DNA of 64,000 nt from an uncultured Gammaproteobacteria bacterium (lineage in GTDB: Bacteria; Patescibacteriota; Microgenomatia; Levybacterales; UBA12049), in the NCBI GenBank assembly GCA_964490105.1, contig CAZAZU010000001.1:155440-219439 (forward strand), read 5' to 3'. The position numbers and the translations under genes are program-made. How positions within the stretch are numbered: position 1 is the first letter of the stretch; the number at the start of each line of letters is the position of its first letter. The notes beneath the pieces were generated by a model. That model was not told the DNA's origin. It made no database searches and saw only the letters and a program-made list of their open reading frames with translations. This document shows positions 9,573 to 18,583 of the stretch, piece by piece.

Positions 9573-11346
9573 TTTCCTCTTCGATCTTTTGTAAAAAATG
9601 AGAAAGCTCTAGATTTCCCAGGTCTTCCCCATTTCTACCTCTAATTGAAACACTGTTATTTTCAATTTCTTTGTCCCCTATTATACCTAAGTATGGCGTT
9701 TTTTGCAAAGTTGCTTCTCGAATCTTGGCCTGAAGCCTCTCTGACCTAAAATCTACCTCTGCTCGAATACCACTAGAAATGAGCTCATCAGCCACTTTTT
9801 GAGAGTATTCATTATGCTTATCAGCGATTGGGAGAAGTTTAACCTGGATTGGACTAAGCCACACAGGAAATGCGCCGGCATAGTGTTCTGTAAGAATTCC
9901 CAGGAATCTTTCAAACGAGCCGTAGATAGCTCTATGTAGGACCACAGGGGTAATTTCATTACCTGTCTGATCGATGTATCCTAGCTTAAAGTTCTTTGGC
10001 TGCTGAAAGTCTAACTGAATAGTTCCTGTTTGCCATTCTCGTCCTAAGGAATCTTTCATGAGGATGTCCACTTTCGGTCCGTAAAATGCACCTTCCCCCT
10101 CTTCGGTTACGTATTCTTTTCCTGATTTATCTAAAACTACCTGCAGTGCTTTTTCCGCGGCATCCCAATCTGTACTTTCTCCCATAAAGTTATCTGGTCT
10201 TGTTCCAAAGCGAAGTCTATATGAAAGATTGAAAGCTTTATAAAGTTCTTCTATCATATCCATAATATTTTCAAACTCTTCTTCGACTTGACCTGTTGTT
10301 AAGAAAATATGAGCATCGTCCTGATGAAATTCGCGCGCTCTAAAGAGTCCGTTTAAAGTACCGCTTGGTTCAAATCTATGAAGTGCTGAAGTTTCAGAAA
10401 ATCTTAATGGGAGATTTTTATAGGATCTTAGAGTCATAGAAAAAACGTTCATAGCATTAGGGCAGTTCATAGGTTTTATTCCGAATACTTCTGTTCCAGT
10501 GAGTGGCTCGCTAGAGTCTTCTCTTAAGAAGGACATTGGGGACAAAAACATGTCGTCTCTGTAATGCGACCAGTGTCCAGAAATTTCATAAAGGGTTTTC
10601 TTATTTAGAATTGGTGTTGATATTTCTTTATATCCATATTTTCTGTGCACCGCTCTTGAGAAATTTAAAAGATTGTTGTAAAGAATAAAACCGTTTGGGA
10701 GGAAGTAAGGCATACCCGGTGACGTTTCATGGAACATGAATAATTCCAGATCAACACCAATTTTTTTATGATCTCTTTTCTTTGCTTCTTCAAGTATTTG
10801 AAGATACTCATCAAGCTCTTCTTTTGTAGAAAAACTTGTTCCATAGATTCTGGTCAGCATTTTATTTTTTTCGCTTCCCCGCCAATATGCACCAGCTAAA
10901 GAAAGAAGCTTAAATGCACCGATGTCCCGTGCAGGATTTTCGCTGTGTCCGCCACGACAGAGATCTTCAAAATTTCCCGCTTTATAAAATGAAATCTTCT
11001 CCCCTTTTTCTACTATTTCATCTACTAATTCTTGTTTGTATTTATTATTTTTATAAAATTCCTTCGCTTCTTCCGCAGTTACTTCTCGGTGAGAAAAAGA
11101 ATCCCAGGTTGGCAAAATTTCCGCCATTTTTTTTTCAATTTTTGGAAGATCTTCTTCAGAAATGGGATTTTTAAAATCCAAATCATAATAAAAACCAGTA
11201 TCAATCGAAGGGCCTATTGTTAAAAGAGTATCAGGATAGAGATCTAAAATAGCTGCAGCAAGAAGATGCGCAGTCGAGTGTCTTATATTTGAAAGGTGTG
11301 CTTCGTTCATCTTTGGGATTTTAGCAAGCGCCGGTCTTTTTAGCAA
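9556..11346 (-). CDS. thrS: threonine--tRNA ligase (short form lacking TGS domain)
   Basis: 596 aa; editing-domain HSTAHLLAAA motif, class II catalytic core and anticodon-binding domain. Confidence 0.9.
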   Translation of the reverse strand: MLKRPALAKIPKMNEAHLSNIRHSTAHLLAAAILDLYPDTLLTIGPSIDTGFYYDLDFKNPISEEDLPKIEKKMAEILPTWDSFSHREVTAEEAKEFYKNNKYKQELVDEIVEKGEKISFYKAGNFEDLCRGGHSENPARDIGAFKLLSLAGAYWRGSEKNKMLTRIYGTSFSTKEELDEYLQILEEAKKRDHKKIGVDLELFMFHETSPGMPYFLPNGFILYNNLLNFSRAVHRKYGYKEISTPILNKKTLYEISGHWSHYRDDMFLSPMSFLREDSSEPLTGTEVFGIKPMNCPNAMNVFSMTLRSYKNLPLRFSETSALHRFEPSGTLNGLFRAREFHQDDAHIFLTTGQVEEEFENIMDMIEELYKAFNLSYRLRFGTRPDNFMGESTDWDAAEKALQVVLDKSGKEYVTEEGEGAFYGPKVDILMKDSLGREWQTGTIQLDFQQPKNFKLGYIDQTGNEITPVVLHRAIYGSFERFLGILTEHYAGAFPVWLSPIQVKLLPIADKHNEYSQKVADELISSGIRAEVDFRSERLQAKIREATLQKTPYLGIIGDKEIENNSVSIRGRNGEDLGNLELSHFLQKIEEEIDKKV

Positions 11347-11426
11347 TCCTTATGCGTAATATTGATATGACCAAATAAAAGGCATTACTGGCGCAAGTAA
11401 AATTAGAAGAGTTAAAATTTTTTTTA

Positions 11427-11654
11427 TCATCTAGGTAGTTGATTGCTGCTAGTTAAGACATAGTTGAGTACTCCAGCTACAAATTCCCCCACAATTGGGA
11501 TGAAATCAATATGAGACGATATGAATGCTATAGCTGCAAGGAAAATGGATAATCCTATTGTGACTCCGATTCCCCAAGCGATTCCACCCAGAAAGTTATT
11601 TGTGATAATCTGCTTTCTGCTTCTATAGATATGTTCACTTTTAGATTCGCTCAT
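11427..11654 (-). CDS. small membrane protein, hypothetical
   Basis: 75 aa with two hydrophobic helices. Confidence 0.4.
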   Translation of the reverse strand: MSESKSEHIYRSRKQIITNNFLGGIAWGIGVTIGLSIFLAAIAFISSHIDFIPIVGEFVAGVLNYVLTSSNQLPR

Positions 11655-11685
11655 AATCTAGTTTAGGCAAAAATGTTAACACTTG

Positions 11686-12255
11686 TCAAAGATTTAAGTC
11701 TCCTGAGATTTTCTGCATAGAAGTTAGCGCAATTTTAACAAATTCAGGCAGGGGGATTTTAAGAGCTGTCTCGCAAGATTTCATTTGTTCCCTGTTGGCT
11801 CCCTTTGCAAAATTTGGCTCATTGAATCTTTTTAAAACAAAATCGACATCTACTTTTGCAAGTTTTTTATCTGGATGAATTAAAGTAGCCGCGATGATAA
11901 GTCCAGATAGTTCGTCACAAGCATAAATGCTCCAGTCCATAAGAGATTTTGGTGTGGCTCCTGTTTTCCCAAAATTATGAGCTTTTATGGCATAAACTAC
12001 ATCTGCGTCTAGTTTATCTTTTAATTTTTCTTCAGCCACGAGTCCATGTTTTTCCGGATTATCTTTTGTGAGTTCATAATCGACATCGTGTATAAGGCCT
12101 GTTACTCCCCATTTGTTTAATAAAATTTCATCTGCGTTTGGGTTAAGCTTTTTGCAAAGCTCAATCATGATAGCCTCACATGCAAGCATGTGCTTTATCA
12201 AGTTTTGATTCTTAACATAGCTATTTAATGTTTCAATCGCGTCAGCTCTAGTCAT
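11686..12255 (-). CDS. HD domain phosphohydrolase
   Basis: H..HD signature (HMLACEAIM ... LIHDVDY). Confidence 0.7.
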   Translation of the reverse strand: MTRADAIETLNSYVKNQNLIKHMLACEAIMIELCKKLNPNADEILLNKWGVTGLIHDVDYELTKDNPEKHGLVAEEKLKDKLDADVVYAIKAHNFGKTGATPKSLMDWSIYACDELSGLIIAATLIHPDKKLAKVDVDFVLKRFNEPNFAKGANREQMKSCETALKIPLPEFVKIALTSMQKISGDLNL

Positions 12256-12321
12256 AATTTAATTGTACCATAGGCTTAAGCGTTTGCTCCTCCAAGCTTA
12301 GTTTGTTAAAATAAGCGGATT

Positions 12322-12395
12322 GGAGTTGTAGCTCAGTTGGTTAGAGCGCAGCATTGACATTGCTGAGGTCACAGGTTCGAATCCTGTCAGCTCCA
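12322..12395 (+). tRNA. tRNA-Val(GAC)
   Basis: manual cloverleaf: acceptor GGAGUUG/CAGCUCC, D-arm GCUCAGUUGGUUAGAGC, anticodon loop UUGACAU, T-loop UUCGAAU. Confidence 0.85.
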
Positions 12396-12410
12396 CAAAC
12401 AATTTTTGGA

Positions 12411-12671
12411 TTATCTTACTTCTTCGAAAGTTCTCCATCCTTGATCGTTTCTGGCAACATCTTTTACCTGTACTCCAAAGTTACCTCCGTATGTGCGTCT
12501 ATAATAAGACGGTTTGTCTTTAGGAGCACCGGATTCTATTTGATCGTAACGTAGAGCACTAAAAACTAAAGGTGCGCCAGCTCTCTCAGTTCCTGTATGA
12601 GAAAATCTGCTTGGTATTCTAAAGCTTGCTTCTGCTCCCGTTATTTGTCCTTCTTTTATCATCATAATCAC
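12411..12671 (-). CDS. hypothetical protein (GC-shifted island II)
   Basis: 86 aa; strong SD AAGGGGGTGA. Confidence 0.4.
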   Translation of the reverse strand: MIMMIKEGQITGAEASFRIPSRFSHTGTERAGAPLVFSALRYDQIESGAPKDKPSYYRRTYGGNFGVQVKDVARNDQGWRTFEEVR

Positions 12672-12693
12672 CCCCTTTTTAATTTAAATATTT

Positions 12694-12903
12694 TTACCTG
12701 CCTCTCTGCCCGCTATTTCTAATTTTTCTATTTGATGTTCCCGGAACGGGCCCCCGGCTTCTTCTTTCCTGCCCTGGTTGAATCACTCTTCCATTTGGCC
12801 CAATCGTTAAATCTCCCACGAATCTTTGTTGCGGTCTGGGTCTGTCAAACCCTTGTCTGCTGCTAAAGCCTGGATCTTGACCAAATCTATTACTTCCTTC
12901 CAT
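12694..12903 (-). CDS. hypothetical Gly/Arg/Pro-rich low-complexity protein
   Basis: 69 aa; very strong SD GGAGGAGGTGA; composition low complexity so could be non-functional. Confidence 0.3.
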   Translation of the reverse strand: MEGSNRFGQDPGFSSRQGFDRPRPQQRFVGDLTIGPNGRVIQPGQERRSRGPVPGTSNRKIRNSGQRGR

Positions 12904-12905
12904 AT

Positions 12906-13271
12906 TTATTCACCTCCTCCAGCTGTTAGCTCTTCTAATAATGTTCCTGACGAAAAAACTACATGATTTGGAAAAACTTGTGCTCCCGATTGGGCAATTC
13001 CATATCGATCTTTGTCTCTCGCAACTTGTTCAGCAAGCCAGTCAACGGCAGCGACTTGATCCGGTGGGTTTCCTCTCTCAACCTTAAAGCTTAATCTAGG
13101 AGTTTCTTCTCCTTCTCTAAGCCAAACTTCTCGAGTTATAAATGTATCTCCAAGAAAACGGACTTCAAATTGGCCTCCTCTGTTAACCTTTCCATATAGT
13201 TTAAAAAGAGTTGGTTTGACTGGCTCTTTGGTCACATGATGTATTGATGAATCGTAGGCTTCGTTAGTCAT
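12906..13271 (-). CDS. hypothetical protein, cassette II gene C (paralog of 6601..7146 N-terminus)
   Basis: 121 aa; N-term MTNEAYDSSIHHVT vs MTQNLIDGNISHMT; start overlaps stop of upstream gene by 8 nt. Confidence 0.5.
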   Translation of the reverse strand: MTNEAYDSSIHHVTKEPVKPTLFKLYGKVNRGGQFEVRFLGDTFITREVWLREGEETPRLSFKVERGNPPDQVAAVDWLAEQVARDKDRYGIAQSGAQVFPNHVVFSSGTLLEELTAGGGE

Positions 13272-13497
13272 AATTTCCTTCTCCCATCGGCGAATAAACA
13301 GCAGACATCAGTTGAGCTTTTTCTCTTGGATGTACAGGCATTACTAATGTTTCGTTCCCATGTTGTGAATCAAATACCACATTTATTTCAGAAACCTTTC
13401 CTCCAAGAGTCGAATTTATTGTCCCGCTAGTACCTGCTACTTCCGTTGGAATCATAAATCCTAAATTTCTATAATTTTCTTTCGCCATTGAGTCCAT
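13264..13497 (-). CDS. hypothetical small protein, cassette II gene B
   Basis: 77 aa; SD AAAGGAAAA; same position relative to conserved terminator as 7147..7413. Confidence 0.5.
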   Translation of the reverse strand: MDSMAKENYRNLGFMIPTEVAGTSGTINSTLGGKVSEINVVFDSQHGNETLVMPVHPREKAQLMSAVYSPMGEGNYD

Positions 13498-13547
13498 AAT
13501 AATTTTCCTTTCAAAGTCGGAATCGCTTTGAATTCTGACTAAACCAC

Positions 13548-13572
13548 AAAAAAACCTCCCGTCTGGGAGGCT
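13548..13572 (-). terminator. rho-independent terminator (minus strand), conserved copy 2
   Basis: aaaccacaaaaaaaCCTCCCgtctGGGAGGct, near-identical to 7458..7489. Confidence 0.6.
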
Positions 13573-13710
13573 GTCCTGGTTGCGTATTTGTCTTACTTAC
13601 GCGTCAGACTTACCCCCCTTAAGGGATTTAAGAATGACGAGAATAAGATTTTTTATCGCTTGCATGAAAAGTATAATAGCAATTTAATATTTACTGTGTC
13701 AAGAGGAGTT

Positions 13711-14379
13711 TTATCCTGTTTGAGTAGCCGCGGTTCTTTCGTTAGAAAGAGTGAATGAGGTTCCGCCTTTTTTAGCCATAGCGCCGTATTGACGTGAAGC
13801 TTTTTTACTTCTTAAAGCATGGAACCAAGCTAAGGAATCTTCTACGTTCATTCGGGCATCTCTAATCCACTTTAGGACTTCTTCCATGAAGTTAAGATGA
13901 TAAACGCCAGGGTTTTCACCGATTTGTTCGATAGTTAAGACTTGTACTTTTTCTTTGAGTTCGCCTGAGCTATTGGCAAGCTGTTTTATCTCAATCAAGA
14001 TTTCCTGCACTTTAACCGCGATTTCTTGATTTTCTGAAGAGGCTCCTCTTTCTGAAGCATGAACTATATCTCTATGGTAACTATTTCCAGCCTCAACATG
14101 AGGTTTTGAGTGCTCTTTATTGCTTTCGCCGTGGTTTACTTCAACTTCTTCGCCTGCATGCATTTCCGTTTCCCCACCATGATGGTCATCATGAGACTTA
14201 TCAGCACCTAAAAATTGATCCCATGCATCAAAAACTAAGTCCTTTCCGGCATCGGTTTTTATTGATTTAACCACGTCATTACCCATACCCATTAAGGCTT
14301 CGAATGGATTTTCGTCTATATATTGTTTCGGCTCTTTTTTGCCGCCACTTTTTAGCTTTGGAAGTTGCATAACTCGCAC
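13711..14379 (-). CDS. hypothetical His/Glu-rich protein, cassette II gene A
   Basis: 222 aa, GC-shifted, acidic His-rich middle region. Confidence 0.5.
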   Translation of the reverse strand: MRVMQLPKLKSGGKKEPKQYIDENPFEALMGMGNDVVKSIKTDAGKDLVFDAWDQFLGADKSHDDHHGGETEMHAGEEVEVNHGESNKEHSKPHVEAGNSYHRDIVHASERGASSENQEIAVKVQEILIEIKQLANSSGELKEKVQVLTIEQIGENPGVYHLNFMEEVLKWIRDARMNVEDSLAWFHALRSKKASRQYGAMAKKGGTSFTLSNERTAATQTG

Positions 14380-14387
14380 CTAATCTA

Positions 14388-15284
14388 TCACAGGCCTTTT
14401 AAGAAATCAAGCGTTTTTTGCTGCCTGATAATTGAGGCTAAAAGATATTTATTTGCCCTAAGACTTTCCTTCTCTTGGGGAGGGGCATTTTCTATAGTTT
14501 TTTCAATATCAGCTTCTTCTGCTGTAATTTTTTCTGATTCAGCTATTTTCTGAAGTATAAATTCAAGCTTTAAGTCAGTGTTTGCTTTTACAGCTGATTC
14601 GGCTCTTAAATCTTCAGCTGTTTTTTTAGTTGAAGCCAGATATTGATCCAAATTCATACCTAATTTCTTAATTTCTTCAAGAGTCTGAGTTAAAAGCCTA
14701 TCTACTTCTCTTTCTACCAAAACCTGAGGTACCGTAACCTTTACGTTTTCCAGAAGAGATTTTACGATCTCGTCAAAGCGAGGCGCTTCTTGTTCTTTTC
14801 CAGGAACTACGATCTTGCTCTTAGCGGTAATTTTTTTAACTTCATCTTTATAGTTTCCAAGTTCAACTACTGGAGCCTCACAAGTTATAGCATGAAATTC
14901 CCAGTTTTTTCCTTCTTCTAAAGCTTCATCTACATGAATTCTAGGATCAATTATGGGCTTTACATTATTATCTTTAACAGCCTGTGCATATACAGCAGGA
15001 AGAAGATGTCTGACGACCTCATCTCTAATCTTTGCTTTATCAAGACTACCTTCAACTAGGTTTTTAGGAGCTTTTCCTTTCCTGAAGCCTGGAAGATTGG
15101 TATTTTTTGCCATCTCTTCTACGACAAGATCCCAAACTACCTTAGCTTTATCCCATGGAATAGTAAGTCTGAATTCTATGGTGCCATCTGAAGTTTTTAA
15201 GAATGGTTTTTTAACTGCTTCAGAATCTGCTGCTGCAACTGGTGTTTTAACTTTTGATTTAACTGTTTTAGTTTTTCCTGCCAT
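14388..15284 (-). CDS. tig: trigger factor-like chaperone (short, no PPIase domain)
   Basis: GFRKGKAP ribosome-binding signature; ORF-track N-terminal extension to 15368 overlaps a tRNA, so start moved to internal Met. Confidence 0.7.
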   Translation of the reverse strand: MAGKTKTVKSKVKTPVAAADSEAVKKPFLKTSDGTIEFRLTIPWDKAKVVWDLVVEEMAKNTNLPGFRKGKAPKNLVEGSLDKAKIRDEVVRHLLPAVYAQAVKDNNVKPIIDPRIHVDEALEEGKNWEFHAITCEAPVVELGNYKDEVKKITAKSKIVVPGKEQEAPRFDEIVKSLLENVKVTVPQVLVEREVDRLLTQTLEEIKKLGMNLDQYLASTKKTAEDLRAESAVKANTDLKLEFILQKIAESEKITAEEADIEKTIENAPPQEKESLRANKYLLASIIRQQKTLDFLKGL

Positions 15285-15301
15285 ATTTATTCCCCTTAGT
15301 G

Positions 15302-15382
15302 TGCGGATGAGAGGACTCGAACCCCCATGCCTTACGGCACATGGTCCTAAACCATGCGCGTCTACCATTCCGCCACATCCGC
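15302..15382 (-). tRNA. tRNA-Leu(TAG)
   Basis: type II tRNA with long variable arm; anticodon loop UUUAGGA; acceptor GCGGAUG/CAUCCGC. Confidence 0.85.
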
Positions 15383-15430
15383 GTCAGACCTTACGAGCAT
15401 TATAGCCTAATCTAAGGCTACAGACAAGCT

Positions 15431-15982
15431 TTATAGGGCTAGCGCAAGTGTAGACTTGGCATTCTTTAACCTATATTCTTCCATTCTATTCATAAAAAAT
15501 GTTACTCTTACAGCCCAAGTTGGAGATGATGCGTACGTAGGCCCGATTATATATGGATCAGAATACTGACCATCTTTAAGGTATCTTGTTCTAAGCCCAT
15601 GAGAGATTGTTTCAATACCTTCAGACCACGATTCAAACCTAATTACATTATCTCCATAAACTCCCCATCCCCATCCGTTATATGACTGATAAGGAATCCT
15701 TTTTCCAAAGGTAGACTCTAATCCTGCAATCGAGGCTACAAGTCTCCAGTCAAGATCGTATTGGTCAGCGTACTTAATAAAATCACCTGCGTAAGGCGCA
15801 AGGGGTGAATCATACTGAAGTAAGAATCCTTCAAGTATTCTAGCTCTGTCATCTACCACCAATGGAGATATTTCAGAAGCAAGTTTAGCCGATGAACCTG
15901 ATGCCTGGTTAGAGGCATAAGAGTTATCAGTGCTTATTAAAAGCAGTACTATTGTTGAAATTATTGCTAGAAGTTTTTTCAT
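15431..15982 (-). CDS. secreted peptidoglycan hydrolase-like protein (glucosaminidase-like), paralog 1
   Basis: signal peptide; SIAGLESTFGK and YNGWGWGVYG blocks shared with 16194..16766. Confidence 0.5.
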   Translation of the reverse strand: MKKLLAIISTIVLLLISTDNSYASNQASGSSAKLASEISPLVVDDRARILEGFLLQYDSPLAPYAGDFIKYADQYDLDWRLVASIAGLESTFGKRIPYQSYNGWGWGVYGDNVIRFESWSEGIETISHGLRTRYLKDGQYSDPYIIGPTYASSPTWAVRVTFFMNRMEEYRLKNAKSTLALAL

Positions 15983-16193
15983 ACTTTATTGGTTTACTAA
16001 ACTTTTGTGTTTAGATTTACTCCCCACTCTGCTTCTGCTTTGCGGGGTAAACCAATAAAAAATCCTAACGTGAGCATTTGGAAAGGCGCACCTTAGGATC
16101 TAGAACGAAGTGTATCATATAACTATAGGACTTGTCAAGATACCGCTATAGGTTTGTTTATTATTTTTGAGGCTAAATAAGGATTATCTGAGG

Positions 16194-16766
16194 TTATTTG
16201 AGCTCATTCATGAAGCTAGTTACGTTTTCTGCCCAGTTATTAGTATTACTTGGATTATACAGTCTTGCTATCTCAAAAGGAGTAACTAGTCCTCTGTCTC
16301 TATATTTTGTAGAAAGTGTTTTGGTGATGGTTTCAATTGCATGAGGATAGTTGCTGAATTTTGTTACTTTAGTGCCATAAATACCCCATCCCCAACAGTT
16401 ATAAGATTCTTTAATTATTCTTTTACAGGCGCCTGATTCCTGAACTGAAATAGCCGGAAGAAGTCTAAAGTCTATATCGTATCTTTCTGCAGCAGCTACG
16501 ATATCAGGTGCGTAAGGCTCTAACGGAGAATTTTTTTTAGCTAAATATTGTCTTACAATCTCGACTTTAGAGTCCTCTTCTATAATAGTATTTTCAATTG
16601 TGTTATCCGCAGGAGGAAGAGCTGCATATGCAATTCCCTGTGTGCTTTCAGAAAGGATTTGGCCTGAGCTTTTAAGAGCCGTAATATGTAATAAATAAGC
16701 TAGGGTTAAAAAGAGAAAAACTGGGGTTCCGAGAAAAAAACCCATTAGGACAGCGAGCTTTTTCAT
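16194..16766 (-). CDS. secreted peptidoglycan hydrolase-like protein, paralog 2
   Basis: signal/TM N-term; AISVQESG and YNCWGWGIYG blocks; paralog of 15431..15982. Confidence 0.5.
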   Translation of the reverse strand: MKKLAVLMGFFLGTPVFLFLTLAYLLHITALKSSGQILSESTQGIAYAALPPADNTIENTIIEEDSKVEIVRQYLAKKNSPLEPYAPDIVAAAERYDIDFRLLPAISVQESGACKRIIKESYNCWGWGIYGTKVTKFSNYPHAIETITKTLSTKYRDRGLVTPFEIARLYNPSNTNNWAENVTSFMNELK

Positions 16767-16871
16767 CAGATTATTTTGTCAATTTAGATTGATTTTGTCA
16801 ACTGAACCAAAGTAGTTCAAACTACTAAGAAGTTGAGTAACTGAGCTCGTTTTGATATACTCCCATTGTTC

Positions 16872-16943
16872 GCGGATGTAGTTCAGCGGTAGAATGTCTC
16901 GTTGCCAACGAGAAGGTCGCCGGTTCGATCCCGGTCATCCGCT
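16872..16943 (+). tRNA. tRNA-Gly(GCC)
   Basis: acceptor GCGGAUG/CAUCCGC; anticodon loop UUGCCAA; T-loop UUCGAUC. Confidence 0.85.
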
Positions 16944-16949
16944 CATTAG

Positions 16950-17765
16950 TTATTGAGAATATCCTCTAGATCTTGCAAGGCTTAAAGCTTTTTCGCTGTC
17001 TCCGCCATATGATTTAAGTCCCTGCTCTACTCCTCCGTGTTTGGAAATGTAATTTGCGGCTCCATGTATAGCATCGACTGCATTATTTATGTCCATATTT
17101 CCATCACCATTTCCATCTGCTCCGTACGCTGTCCATGTGCTAGGCATGAATTGAAGTGGACCTTGAGCGCCTGTTCCATAACCTGAAGAAATGGCTCCGT
17201 CGCGCCCGCCTGTTTCCATATGATGCAACCCATAAAGGATTTCCCAAGGAACACCGTATTTAGCTCCAGCCTCCTTATAAACATTATCGAATGAGCTTGG
17301 TGGACCCTGATTGACGGAAGATGTTTGGGTACCGATAACTTCTTGGGAAGGGTTGGCAGGCGTAGGAGTTGGTGATGGATCTGTAATTTCTTTATAAATT
17401 GCTGCAAGTTTTTCTGACGGATCTTCGACTGTTTCAGGTTTAATTTTCGAGATATTTAGTTCCCAGCCGCTTCTAATTAATCTCGGGTCTTCTATAAAAT
17501 CATTATCATTCCATAGATTTATCCAGAATTTTTGGTCACCATAGTATTCTTCTGCGATTGTATATAAAGTTTCCCCAGATTCAATTACATGATGTATCGG
17601 AGTTGGGGTTGGCGGGACTCTGGTGGGTGTAGGTGTAGCGGATTTAGAGGGAGTAGGTTGAGGTGTCGAGGTTTCATCCGGCGTGGGTGCCGAAATTGGC
17701 TTAAATACTGCCAAAAGAAAGATAGCTCCTGCGACTATGCCTCCCATAAAAACAAATACTAACAA
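16950..17765 (-). CDS. LysM domain lytic transglycosylase (MltB/SLT-like)
   Basis: TM; PT-rich linker; LysM (VIESGETLYTIAEEYYG); SLT motifs HMETG and GAQGPLQFMPSTW. Confidence 0.75.
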   Translation of the reverse strand: MLVFVFMGGIVAGAIFLLAVFKPISAPTPDETSTPQPTPSKSATPTPTRVPPTPTPIHHVIESGETLYTIAEEYYGDQKFWINLWNDNDFIEDPRLIRSGWELNISKIKPETVEDPSEKLAAIYKEITDPSPTPTPANPSQEVIGTQTSSVNQGPPSSFDNVYKEAGAKYGVPWEILYGLHHMETGGRDGAISSGYGTGAQGPLQFMPSTWTAYGADGNGDGNMDINNAVDAIHGAANYISKHGGVEQGLKSYGGDSEKALSLARSRGYSQ

Positions 17766-17802
17766 AGATAAAAGGGGGAGTCAATGTCCTCAAGTAATTT
17801 AA

Positions 17803-18492
17803 TTAAAGTATTCCTTGAGCTTGCATTTTTCGTGCGCATCCTGGGAACTGCGTGAAGATGCTAGATCTTGTTAATAGTTTTTGAACTGCGCCAATTTGGA
17901 CTTCAAGTGGTGCTAAATCTGCTCTTTCGTAACCTGTTCCCATAGCATTCCAAGTTCCAATTGAAAACTGAAAAGCTCCATAGTATCCATTTCCGCTATT
18001 TCTTGTGGCTGTCATTCCTGATTCACAATTTCCTAAAAAGTTGATTTGTGCGTCATTTAGCGGACCACCTAAGGTTGTTGTTGAGGAAACTTGAGATAAA
18101 GCCTGTGTTGAGGTTTGACCAACTACTGGTGTTTGAGTCGGAAAAGGTAAAACGGTAATTATTTTAGCTTGTGCTTCAAGCTTTTCTTTTAAATCTGAGC
18201 TAAGTGTAGCTACTGATGCAGGTTTATTTTCGCTTAGCTTTAATTTCCAGTCTTTTTCAATCAGATTCGGATTTTCGATCCATGGATTCTCTGCCCAGAT
18301 ATTTACCCAATAATCTTTAGATCCATATTCTTTTTCTGCGATTATAGATATAGTGTCACCCTCTTTTACATAGTAGTCCCTCATCTCTTCTTTTACGATT
18401 GTTTGAGATGTAAATTGGGTAGAGGTATTTCCCGATGGATTTAAGAGTACTAATGAAAGCGCTAATACTCCCGAAAGAATATTTTGTTCCAT
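17803..18492 (-). CDS. LysM-like + resuscitation-promoting factor (Rpf) transglycosylase domain protein
   Basis: N-term YYVKEGDTISIIAEKEYG; C-term Rpf-like CESGMTATRNSGNGYYGAFQFSIGTW ... FPGCARK. Confidence 0.7.
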   Translation of the reverse strand: MEQNILSGVLALSLVLLNPSGNTSTQFTSQTIVKEEMRDYYVKEGDTISIIAEKEYGSKDYWVNIWAENPWIENPNLIEKDWKLKLSENKPASVATLSSDLKEKLEAQAKIITVLPFPTQTPVVGQTSTQALSQVSSTTTLGGPLNDAQINFLGNCESGMTATRNSGNGYYGAFQFSIGTWNAMGTGYERADLAPLEVQIGAVQKLLTRSSIFTQFPGCARKMQAQGIL

Positions 18493-18583
18493 ATATTTTT
18501 AATGCCAACTATTACTAGTTGGCAAGAAGTGGCAATTCTACCAATAACAGGTCGTCAAGTCAAGCAATTCACGGCTTTAAAGG

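Noticed and set aside
14388-15368. Full-length ORF-track call for trigger factor including N-terminal 28 aa
   Set aside because: The extension overlaps tRNA-Leu(TAG). An internal Met gives a canonical TF N-terminus.
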